A DNA stretch of 64,000 nt from Ascoidea asiatica JCM 7603 (lineage: Eukaryota; Fungi; Ascomycota): NCBI GenBank assembly GCA_001600695.1, contig BCKQ01000015.1, positions 196,552-260,551 on the forward strand, read 5' to 3'. The notes beneath the pieces were generated by a model. That model ran no database searches. It was given only the letters and a program-made list of their open reading frames with translations, and was not told where the DNA came from. Positions 51,780 through 64,000 of this stretch are shown here, piece by piece; the first letter of the stretch is position 1, and every line of letters begins with the position of its first letter. Position numbers and translations under genes: made by a program.

Positions 51780-52799
51780 ATTATACTGACGGATATGAAT
51801 AACATGGTGGTTAATTACCTGGTTACATACTTTTCTTGTTGTCTATATGGTTCTCATGATCGGTTTTTACTTGGTTTGTTATATTTTTGACTTTTGTATT
51901 CCATAGAATAGTTATTTTTTTAATGTTTTTTCTTACAAATATTCCAATTGAAAAGCTCATTTTCCCAGAATGTAAATCAAATATTTTTTCATATCCTAAA
52001 TTGGATTTTCTTTATCCTAATCCTCTTCGTTTAAGGAACAGGAGTTTCAGGGCTTGTTTTTGGGGTTAAAAGCCTTGCACTGACACAGCAGGTGGTCAAT
52101 ATCCGCAAACTTCATTTTACTAATGTACGAGTTTCTAGTAAAGCCCAAAAGTTTGGCCATGGTAGTAACCGTAGTTTTAAATTCGGGAGAAGTCATCCGT
52201 ATTTGGACTTTTTTTCTCCTATATATAGGCGCATGACGGGGTTGTCCTCGGCGTGCTGTCGCATAAGTAAAGCTTTACGATCGAATTACAGGATGCTGTT
52301 TTTAAAACTTTTCTAAATTGTCTGGGCTCTATTTCTTGGGTGGAGTGTACTTTGACGCTTAGGTATGCTTGATTATGTACAGATATTATTTAATATTGGT
52401 ATACATGCTGCACCTTTTTGAATTGTTACCATACTGGGACATGTAAGGTAACAAAGCAAAACTTGGGTATCCACGGTGGTCAATCTCATCTAATGGAGTA
52501 ATACATAAATCACAATATTAAAAGGAACGTTTTCAACTAATAATTCTAGCTTTCAACAATTAATTGTAACATTCTTTTTTGAATACTTCACTAATGTAAT
52601 GGACAAAGCCCAATATTCTAAGGGAAGAACCATCTTGAGCCATTAACCAATTACACTCAGCTTGAGTAGTTTGTTTTTTCTTCAATAGTTTACTCAACAT
52701 TACCACTGAAACGCGTATAATTTCCTCCACTATTATTCTCTTAGCTTGGGGATGTAATGTTTGAGAAGAGGTCTGGACAATTTCTTTTTATGCTTGATA

Positions 52800-53051
52800 T
52801 ATTGAGGAGCATATATCGACAGAAAGAGAAAAACAAGAGAAAAGAAACACGAAAACAAATGTTGATTGTAAATTGTAGATTGGGAATTGTAGATGTAACT
52901 CTCGATAGTTTGGAAAGTTGATAAACATAGGAGGAAAGACAGAGATATTTATAAGTATCCCGGTCATAGAACTATCCAGATGGCTCAGGAAAGCGAGGTC
53001 ACTCAAAGGAGACTGAATGAAAACCTCCACAAGCTTAGGGGAACCGTTACA
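52800..53051 (-). repeat. Candidate solo LTR E
   Basis: Ends in ...CCGTTACA (TGTAACGG on minus) with a minus-strand TATAAATA near 52950. Left boundary unclear. Confidence 0.35.
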
Positions 53052-54999
53052 CTGATTGTGCTACCCCGGAAAGCGGAACACTATAAAATTTATGCAAATT
53101 GTTTAAAATAAACCAAGAAAGACAGGGGCAAGCCAAAAAGCAAGGCCTATGATCGGCAGATGGCCGGCAGATATAGTACCTACCGTGATAGCCCCGACCA
53201 ACATCGAACATCCTTGATTTACCAATCTTCCGGCCAATTAACTTCATTCACACCGTTGCTATTCCCTTGCCAGTAGATTTCAACAGTTCATTCGCTTCTT
53301 TTAATAAACTACTGAAGTCTTCTTTTGCTATTTTCTCTTTTTGGCTCTAAACGACGAGAAAGAATTCTTTCTAATATTTTTTCGAATCTGTTCTTTAAAC
53401 TGCCATTCCATTTTTTGATCTGTTGCAGTGAATACTCATGACAACCATGAATACCCCCGATATTGGATGGGGATTCCATTGCTTGATTATCAATGAATTC
53501 CCACATTTTCGCTTATGTTTCGAACATTTTGGGCAATTCTGTTGTTTCTTTAGCATTTGTCATTTAAATTGTTTATATTCACATTATCCAACGCACACGC
53601 CAACTTGCTTTTCCCATTTGCAAACCGTAATAATAAGTTGGTCGCAGGCAACACCATTTTAGTTCTGTAGTAGGGCAATTTTGCTCAAGTTTTTTTTCTA
53701 TGACAGAAGTCCTAAGGGCCTGTCAGATAGGCTTCTTGTTAAATGAAGTGCTAAATTGTTAAACAAAAAACGGGACAAATTTCATGTGGGTTTCTTGAAA
53801 TCGGGCATGGAGAAAAAAATCATGAAATTTTAGTTTTCTCTACCCCTGAATTTAAGTGGGAAATCTAACGACATTCAATAAATAAATGGAGGAGATAACT
53901 CCACTTCTCCCGTAACTGGATCTCTAGCTGTCTGCCAGTTATTCGGGGAAGTCACGCGGCTTCCTCTTGTATTTACACTAATCAAAAAACAAATTGTGCA
54001 AAATTGCTCTAGTAAACCTCATTTAAACTTTCCACCCCAAATGTGCGACTGTAGTAATTTTTGTTTGTCCAGGAAAAATTAGTTTATAATATTTTTAATT
54101 TTGATCTTAAACAACCTACTGAGTCCAGTCAAGTTAAAAATAAAACTCTTAATTAATGTAAAATTAAATTACTAGAAAAACATCTGACATGATCTGAGGA
54201 GCTTCGCAAAGACCTTATTACTAGAGAAACCAAAGTTTCAGATTCCTAAGAAGGCCAATTTCATTTATTCGAAATTTTTGTTTTTAAAGGTTAATCACAA
54301 TAGTGACAATTCGTTTAAACGTAATGAACTTTTATTTTTACTGCATACAGTCCAGAAACAAAAATACATACTTGGGCAGGTGATTTGAAGCGTCGGTTTT
54401 TCAACTTTCCATTTTTGTTATTTTACTAACACCGTAAACCCAAATAACAAAAAGGAACACCACGCCTTATTTAAAAGCACCCACAGGTGGAAAACTATTG
54501 AATGTGGCACCTCTAAAGTGGCCAAAACCAAAGGTTTTTAATTGCTTTTTTAACTGGATTTTAAATAGTTTCGTGATTAAAAAGATTAAAATGGCCGGAG
54601 CCTTTCACTGATCTGTCTAGGAACATATAATTTTTAAGCTGTTTTACCTAAAATTTAGAAAAGGGTATTTTCGATACAATTATAATAAATATCAGAGAAA
54701 TTAATTATATTAGAACGTCAAACAACCAAAAACAAGTTATTATATTGGAATCAAAATACTATATTACTAGATTACTACATAAAACATTATAAAAATAATG
54801 TCCGCCAACAAAAAATAATAATGAAAATAGTTTTAAATACAGTAAAAAAGCAAAATAAAAAAAGACATTTAATTAATTTAACAAACAAAATATAAAAGTT
54901 AAACGAAATTAAAAATATACAATAAAGAAACCCATAGTCTTGGATTCATTAAGGATAAGTTACGAATTCAAGGCAGAATTATTTTCTGAATCATTATAT

Positions 55000-57900
55000 T
55001 CACCTATACTAATAGTTTAAACATTTTCCGCAATAAAATTTTATCGGTTTGCGGTGTTTTGTATTTTTCATATTTCTTACTATTTTCATTTTCTTTATTG
55101 TTTTGTTTTTTCCTGATTATTCATCAAGTTTGGTGGATTAATGTCTAATTGTTGGAAAAATGCATTGACAACATTTTTAGTGGATCTGCCGCTTCTAGGA
55201 GCAATTGATTCAGTAAAGGTTGCTGATAATGAATCAGCAATTATCCTTTTATTTCGAATTCTGTTATCATCAAGAGTCTCAGGAGTACTGAAAGAATATT
55301 GTAGGGGTTTGAACATTAATAATGGTTCACAATTACCACTTGTAACTAATGGTTTGCTTAATGTTGAAACTTGAGTATAATCTTTGGGCCAATCTGTTGT
55401 TGAATGTGTTTTAGTAGCTGTGGCAATAGCTCTAGGACTAGATCTAGAAGAAGATTTAGAAGTGGATCTAGATGTTGCTTTGGAAGTGGTTTCTTTATTA
55501 CGTTTTGAAAAACTAGTGGATTTGGTTATTAATCTAATTTTGCTCACACCCTTTCAATTTTGTTTTAAATTTCTATTTGAATTTGAATTTGAATATGAAG
55601 TTTTATTTACAATTTAAATTGGATTTTTTATTTTATTTGCATTTTTATTTGGATTTGATTTTTTCAGTGATTTTTTAATTGAATTTAAAGTATTATCGTC
55701 TGAATGATCTACAAATACAGCACAGCATCTGAAAAAACAATTATAATCCAAAGTTTTATGTCATTTATTTTTCCTTTCCTTCTATTCTTGGTTTTTGATA
55801 TCATTTTTTTTAAGTGAATAAATTTGAATTATCATTGATTTATGGAATATGGATGATTAATTTTATTCAATGTTTTGAATTAAATTCTTCTAAATAATAA
55901 TTTCTTTTATTAGATGTGTTTAAAAACTCATCCTATATGTCATTTTTTTGATTTGATAAGTTTCATAAAACATTACGATCCACCAACAACTTTTGATTAC
56001 CCTCCAATGCTTTACTTGGATCACAAATATTTTGCGTAGAATTGAATAAATTTATGCTTCAAAGGAATATGATTTAAAAACCCTTTACAATTATCGACTA
56101 TGGAAGATAAAAGATCCATTCTAATTTTATTTTCAGCAACAATTGCTTGTTATTTTTTTCTCATTTTATTTGTAATTGTAGCCTTGTAGCTTTCATTTTT
56201 TCTGCTGCATCTATTGCCTTTTCCTGGGAATCCTTATGTGTAGAACAATCTACAAGTTGTTCAAAAAATACTCAAAATAATCCAAAATATTTTACATTTG
56301 ATTTAATACAGCAATTTTGTTTGGATTTAGTAATTGTTTTTTTTTTCCAATATATAAAGTAATATCTTTGGAATTAATAGATGCGGAGCTAAAATTTTTT
56401 TTCTAACATTAGTGACAACACTACTAGTTATATCCTCTTTTCTTACAATTGCTTTTGGAGCCCTTTTTGATAATTTTGAATGATTGAAATTTTCAATATT
56501 TTCACATTCACAAAGGGTGAAAGGACAATCACAAGATAATGAATTAACTGTTCTGAGTTTTCATTCAGTTTACAAATTCGAATATATACATTTCACTTAC
56601 TACAAACTATGTATTAATCAATTACCTTGTACAAATCTATGGTCTAAAACAAAAATTAAATAAATTAAATAAAAAAATAAGAGGAAATGGATTCCTTTAA
56701 CATAATTATCATTCCTACGGGGTTCATGACCACCATCGAGAATGCTCGGCATTTCCACAACTTGCTAATTCCTCCGCAGTATCAAGGGGAAAATCAAGTT
56801 CGCCTTGAAAAAAGATTTGAAAACTTGACTAGAAATCATTATAAATGCATATTACAATTTCCCCAAAGTAAAACCAATTATCCCGCTTTGCAGTGGGGTT
56901 GACAAGGACACTGATTTCCCGGAATAAACTTTAATCCAGAACCCGGGACTCGAAATAGATTTTTAACTGACTAGGACCAGCAGTCTCCTGTTTAGTCCGA
57001 GCTAATTCGCTATAAGCAATGAGAATTATACTTTATCACCCAGGAAACAACGCTTAGCCAATTGAACCATCCAGAAGGACTCCCTTCATGGCTCCTGACG
57101 GCCTTTCGGATTTAACATTTACCCGAATAGTCGTTAAATGCTAACTCCTTTTTTATTCTTCTGGTTCCGCTGGCTTAGCTTTAATAGGATCCTACAGGGT
57201 TGACGCCCATGTCTCGTAAAATACCCTGCTGGTTTCTGATTTATACTGTATTCCTGACCTGATGCAGCATGTCTTATGTTAGGTAATTAGAACATCAATT
57301 TTGTCCCACTGTCTGTCCTGCTGTACTGAGAAACATACAAGGTCATGAGAATTCTTGTATTGTTTGTTAAACTTACTGCAGCATTCTGCATTCATGTGTC
57401 TATTAACGTTTAGTTATGCTTCTCTAAGCATAATTGCTCCTAATGTATACACAATCCTTCATAATACATGACTGCCTTACAGCCACTATCGTTACGTGTC
57501 TTGGAGACGTGCGCCACCTATGGTGTTGGAACCAATATATGCCTTAGCTTATATAGATCTCTATTATTTTCAATATTAATAGATCCATTGCTAAAGAAGA
57601 AGATTCAACTTTTAAAACAATATTGATAACATGACTACATAATTCTCTTTCACATTCATATTGACTAATATTAGTATTCTTGGATTTATTTACTAAATTT
57701 TTAAAACCAATATGATAAGACAAACATCTCGGTTTTCAAAAAGACTATAACATAACAGGAATCACCTGATTAGAGAACTGCAATCCTTGGCGTCAATTGG
57801 ATATTTATTATATACCCTACTATAATCTTTCAGTTCGAGCACTACTATTTAAGTTATTACTAATCCTGTATCATTGAAACTTTTTAAATCAATAATTAAT

Positions 57901-59400
57901 CGAAGCACCTTTTCATAAGAATTGAAAACTCTCAAAGTTTTATTGAAATAACAAAATAACTGAAAATGAGTTTAATAGAAAAATATCTCTCATGTTTTAC
58001 CACCTGTTAAAACCACATATCAACTCAAAGCTTCAGCAACTGAAAAGATTTATTTAGCAAAATGGCATTTGACACAATACACTGTAAATTATCTTTAGCA
58101 ATTTGTTGATAAATTAAACTAACAAAAGGAATAGTCAAGAGTTTTCTAAAGTTTTGTGGACTGACATCACCTTCACCAAATTTATCAACATTAGCATATG
58201 GTATCATTAAAAAAAGTTTATCAATTTTTTGATATTTCTCCTTTTTATATGATATATTTAAACGATTTCGAGATGAACGGTCTACTGTCATATTAGGGGT
58301 GAACCAGGGAGGCAATTTTAATGATAAATTGAATGATAAAGAGGAGTAAATTGTTTGTTGTTATCACTAGGTAAAACTAGTTCTTTTGATGTAGATACAG
58401 CGTCTCTTTTATTATATTTATCATGATAGTTACTTTTATAGTTATTATTATAGCTAATATTATCATTTTGAATATTCTAGAATTCATTATTATCATGCGC
58501 ATTGGATCTTCATTAATATCATCTTCATTGGTATCATCTTCATTATAATCTTCATCAACAACTAATTTCATATTATTAGCTTGATTATTAACATTATTAT
58601 TACTATTTCATAAATTAACATTCTTATTAGTATTTAATAAATTAACCGTATTATTTCACCATTTGATTGATTAAGATCATTATTAGTTAATTTACTATTA
58701 GGATTTAATTCAATATTATTTAATTCAATATTATTATTAATATTATTATCAATATTGTTATTATTATTATTGGTACTTTTTTTTAAAATAGCATTCTTAT
58801 ATTGTACATTATTATCTTAATAATAATATGATTGATTATTGTCTCCTTTGCTATAGTTTTCTTTATTATTTTCATCAGAAATTGATCCAAGAATATAGTT
58901 ATTATCAGCATATACTTTGTTTTCTTTAATCTCTTCCTTATCCTCATCTGAGCTGTGGGTATTACCGCACCTCCCATACTCCGAGTTTCATCTGAGGCAG
59001 ACGGACTACTGGAACCTTCAGATCGAAACCTTTGATTTTCCGAACTAATATTAATTATATCTTCAACATTTGCAGAAACTTCTAGATTGTAAGACCCAAC
59101 TTTTCAGCCACGGATTTAGATGTTAGATGATTATCAGTATCTTCTGCGGCACAATAAGTTATCGCATCTGTTGTTTCAGAAGTACCAGTAACCACTATTC
59201 ATTACCATTCTGTTTTACCAGGACATTTTCTATTTCACTTGGAGGTTCATTTTGTTTTGTATCAAAATCAAGCAGTCTTACAGTAGCAACATAATAAGTA
59301 GTTAACAGAGCAATAGAAAAATTAAGTTTTTGTTTGTAGTTGACTGCTGTTCCTGGTAACGTTTCAATTTTTATTTTTTTTTAAATTTTCTAAATAAATT
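55000..59400 (-). pseudogene. Large degenerate unknown gene split by an LTR-A insertion
   Basis: Minus-strand ORF fragments (55095-55547, 58025-58315, and N/D-rich pieces at 58377-58977) lie on both sides of the LTR at 56549-57575. Confidence 0.4.
56549..57575 (-). repeat. Solo LTR, family A copy 4 (diverged)
   Basis: Reverse-complement match to family A at both ends (...TATATAGATCTCTATTATTTTCAATA). Near-TSD TTAAC/TTAAT. Confidence 0.85.
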
Positions 59401-62400
59401 TCATTCTGGATTTAATAATTTTCTAGTTGATTTTCATCAAATTCTTTTTTTTCTAATCAAGCCTCTATATTCATTTGATAGCAAGGTGCCGTTCAAAATT
59501 TGATGAAATTTTTTTTAACATTTTTTTTTTTTTGGTTTCTTTCTTTTTCTGTTAAAATTCAAATATCTGCTATATCTACACGATTATAGGCTTTGAATTC
59601 TTTAAGTACTCACTTTGAAGTTATACTGCTTGAAGAATATACATGCGAATCGGCATCTAAATGAGAATCAGAATCAGAAGAAGATTCGACACCTAGAGAT
59701 GCATTGGAATGAGAATAGGAATATTCATTCAAGTTCAAGCACAATTTTCTTTGAAAAGATTTTCTTTTTCATATTTTTCTATCCTTTTTATATTCTTTTT
59801 TTCTTACGTTTTTTTTTTTTTGGAAACAGTTTACAATGGTTTTTTCTCGTTTTCGGACTTTAATATCCATTTTAAGGCCAAACATTAGACACAACGGTTT
59901 TCCTGTATTTGATTTCATTGTTTTTGAATTTACGATCCGATTTTTTTTAATGTTGCTATTCGGTTAATTTATAATTATTTTGATTTTTTGAAATATTTTA
60001 CTTTGTAATTCTGGAATTGTATGATTACATGAGTTTTAAGGTAGTTTTATTTATAATTATGTTATTTATTAAATTACTGAAACTTTGTGTTCCTAAATTG
60101 ATAATTTTGTTAATGTAACCATCACAGAACATATAGTCTTTTATTTCAATTAAGTTTTTCACTGATTATAAGTTTATTCTTGAGATATTTTAAGATATTG
60201 CGGCAGCTTTACCAAATTTAGGGAAGACTAAATATTTATAATATAGTTTAGCAATACCTTGATTGCGTTAGTATTCCAAATTGTTAAATTCTAATATCAC
60301 ATTACTAAAAATCGGTGTATGTCAAACTATGTGACTTACCCAGTCAAAAATTAAAATTCCAAATATCGGTTTTTTCCAATTCTGTAACGATGTGACCGAC
60401 TTGATCAAAGTGCTAATCTATAGACATCGAATAATCTGCCCAAAGAAGAAAATCATCCTTCAATTATTAATACGTGTTGTGTACCAATAGTTGAATACAG
60501 TACTAAAGACCTACTATATTTCGGATTATATAAGCGTGTTTTTAAAAACTTTTAAAAATATAAATCAAATTTTTGCACTGTGTTGACATCTTAAAAGAAC
60601 ATTGTACTCATATAAAAAAATGACAAAATAAACTGGAACCAAAACCATTCATGGTGAATCAAGCGACACAAATTGCAGAAAAATTCAAAAAAAAATGACT
60701 TAAATATTATCGTTGAACGATCTGATTGTCTAATTTCTGTTCAGAAAATATTTTTATCAAAAACTGCACTATTAGAATCTTGTTTTAAATAAAACTACGT
60801 TTATTTCAAAGATAAAACGTTTTTGGTTAAAATGAAGTATCAGCTGTATAAGGTGAATAATTTAGTTTTAAGAATCCTAGTTTTCACTTAATTTCAAGAT
60901 TTATCATTTTCTTATTCATTTCAAATTACTCAATCGTTTTTCATAAATCCATTAAAAACTAGGACACCTACAGGGAAAGCTTCGGGATAGTTATTAAACG
61001 TTAAAAATTGTAGTATGAAAAAAGTTCCAAGTAAAACGAATGGCGGTGTAACAGCACTTTTACTTTGAAAAAAGGCTAGGTGCGATTCTTTCTTGCAACT
61101 TATTACCTTTGAAAAAGAAAGCTTTAGATCAATAAACTGGGTCTCGAAATAGACTTAAATTCTAAAAGTAATCCGCAGATTTTAAAACTTTACAATATAT
61201 TAAAAATTATAAATAAGAGCTATAAACCTAGAACGGGGTGTCAATCCAATGTTAACATTAACTATCTTTGGAAACCAATAATAAAATAGATAGCCGTAGT
61301 GCCATACATTTCCCTTTAATAGCTTTTAATTTTCACTTGGGGGATTTCACATATCAGAGAGCTTTATTTACTTATCTATAGGCTAACAGAAGATATTAGA
61401 GTTCAAAGTTGCAATAATTGTAAAACAATATTTCGGTTTAAATTCGTTAGCCAACCTTGAAAATGAGGCTTAATGTTAATACTAATAAATCAAATATGAA
61501 GATTATTTAAAAACATATGTAATTTGCCCACTGCAATATTTCAGTGCATTTATTTTATTAAAATTTCATACCCCTTAACTTTTGAATTCATAATAATTGC
61601 TATGCTCTACATTTCAAAATAGTGATAGCAGAGTGCTCATTTTAAAAGTTAGTTGTTTAGAACTTTGTTTAACAAATATTATCACTAATCAACAATCAAA
61701 AGAAGTAACATATAAATTGAACATAAATGATGCTGGAGAAGGTATCGATGGAAATATGTATGGTTATAGGAAAATAAGACAGATGGAATGATAAATGGTA
61801 CTGGAAGATATATTGGTAGTAAGATAAAGGGAACAGGAGGATATATTGATGATAAGATATTGATGGTAAGATTAATGTTTTTGGAAATTAATAGTAATAG
61901 TCATAGTAAGAGTAATAGTAATAGTAATAGTAATACTTAGATATTCTCTGCAACGCTAGGATGATAGTGCTTTTCTTCTCAGCTGGTTTAAATTGTCAAT
62001 CGGGAGTATAGTTGAGATTATTTCATTTTCTATCAAACATAACACACCTTTCAACTAATAATTATTATTATTGTGATTATAACCTTCATTTTCATTTATA
62101 TTTTCAATTTCCTTTAAGTTTTCTATTCAATTTAAACATTTAGTAATTCGAAATTTATTATTTATTACAAATCAATTATAATAAAAAACTTATTGATTAT
62201 AGATAAATCGAAATTGTTCAGATACTTTATTTTTGTCGTAAGCAATTTTATAATTTCCTGAATTCAAAGAAGGTGAATGGGATAATGATAACTTGTCTGC
62301 AGGAGAATTCGAAAAAGAACAGAATAACGTAGAAGAACCACCATACAAATTTGAAAGAGCTCTAGTGAGCTTATCATTATGATTTTAATTTTGTTTTCAT

Positions 62401-63469
62401 TTTCTAAGTGAGTGTTATTGTCAAAGCAAATAATAATTGAATATGTGAATAGTTAAATAGGAAACCAAATGGCGATGTAGCTGGGGGGTATTGCATGTTA
62501 TATAGCAGGTGAAATAGATGCTCATACAAATGGTTAAAGGTAAAATAAGAATGGTATCACTTATGCATATAGTAATGCTAATTATATGCTTATTATGAGT
62601 TGATTAGATGTTGATGTTGATCCTGAAGCTGCTCTCAATCCTGATAGTAATAGTCTTAGTATTGCTGATGGTGATAATGCTGATAATGATGATTATTAAT
62701 GAAAATAACACTTTTCTTTAATGATCAATAAACAAGTAAAATGTAATTATCACAAATTGAACATTTTCAATAAATATACAGTTGTTTTAAAAGGTTGTGG
62801 TTCACTTAGTTGTGGAGCTGGAAAACCCTATTTTTTGTAATTTTGGGATTTAGCTATGTAAGTCACATGGTTTTACATACAACGATTCCTATAATCTGAT
62901 CCTAGAATTTGGACAGTTTTGGATTCTAAGTTAATTTCATCAAAAAATAATATAGCAAATATATTAGCTTATTAGACTTTCTTGATTTTAGTTATAGCTA
63001 TTTCTAAGTAAATCGACTATTGGAGACACTATTATACTAAACATAAAGCAGCTCTATTTATAAATAACGGTAAATAGAAAGGGTTTTAAAAAAATAAAAA
63101 AATAGTCTTTGACAGATAAAGAGGTTAATTGACTGACTGAAACCGGGGAAATATATCAAAACAAACTGAGTTAAAAAAACAATTATTTGAATTAATTGGT
63201 AATCACAAACAAACCAATGGGCTTATCGACATTTTCAATGATGATTATTCTAATAGTAATGATGATAACAACCATGAAGCTGATGTGGGTGTTTAGGTCA
63301 ATAATTAAATTAATAAGAATAATAACACAAATGAGTTTACCAATTATAAGGATTACTATACCGCTAAGGGTATTAATAATAGTGATATTGATTTTGATAT
63401 CCATTTCAATTATGGCAATGATAATCATCATGGTAATTTGTATAATGGTTATTTGTATAATGCTGAAGA

Positions 63470-64000
63470 TGTCGAATATTATTCTTATTATTAGTATTCA
63501 TATTCATTTATTCCCATAATTTCTATATAAAAATTTATATAAAAATATTGAGAAATGAAGGTCTATTTATATTCATTTGGACCTTGATCAGCAAGTAATA
63601 TATCTTATAAATCTTTCTACCTATTTCTCATGCGTATAGCAAAACGGTTGCTACTGGGAGCCCAAAAGCAATGAGGATCTCATTTCGTATCTGTTATACT
63701 TGGGGTTAAAATTACGTCTCCTAATCTCAAACTACAAGTTAGTATTGTCCATTTTCAATTTGATAGAAGGTACAGGTAGAATTTCTGTTTGATAGAACCT
63801 ACAAGGACTTTTTCTATCAGTTGGTACATTCGGCTGTCTGAGTAGCGAATCAAGTTCTGGTAGCTAATCAGTAATCAATTACCCCTCATCAATCCCCATG
63901 ACATTACCTTGCTCGCCAAGAACAGTTAAGGATGCCAAGACATCAGGTCTTCTATAACCACATATTAGCCCCTCACAGAAAAATATGAACTACTACTTGC
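63470..64000 (-). repeat. LTR family B copy 2, runs off the right edge
   Basis: Colinear with 47261-~47795, for example the shared GAAATTACGTCTCCTAATCTCAAAC-like block and AATTTCTGTTTGATAGAACCTACAAGGACTTT. Confidence 0.85.

Noticed and set aside
63192-63519. I/M-rich ORFs on both strands
   Set aside because: Low-complexity ATT/AAT repeats, probably off-frame readings of a decayed Asn-rich region.

Overview
This is very AT-rich eukaryotic DNA that looks like a budding yeast (Saccharomycotina), judged from the 25S rRNA, tRNA-Glu, SYO1, MNN2 and RPS3 homologues and a GTATGT...TGCTAAC...TAG intron. The window is a transposon and pseudogene graveyard. Only two genes look intact: SYO1 (37372-39543, minus) and tRNA-Glu(TTC) (40441-40512). 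The mobile-element relics are a copia 3' end fused to a mutated 25S rRNA fragment, a long decayed gypsy element, four copies of a ~1.03-kb LTR plus several other solo LTRs, hAT, pogo/Fot1 (with ~75-bp inverted repeats) and probable MULE elements, and two Crypton-type (Ndc10/Gcr1-like tyrosine recombinase) elements. Host-gene pseudogenes include RPS3 with an internal deletion, MNN2/5 and a tRNA-Phe 3' half. The most novel signal is a module found twice (~16.0-18.2 kb and ~45.6-47.2 kb). It begins with sequence homologous to the DNA just downstream of the gypsy integrase (2.3-2.6 kb), continues through a ~30-bp-period palindromic array (TGATACA-N4-TGTATCA), and then carries a conserved ~330-codon orphan ORF. 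In one copy this is followed by a PPT and an LTR-like end. This suggests a yeast LTR retrotransposon with an extra ORF in the env position. All assignments come from manual motif recognition; no searches were run.
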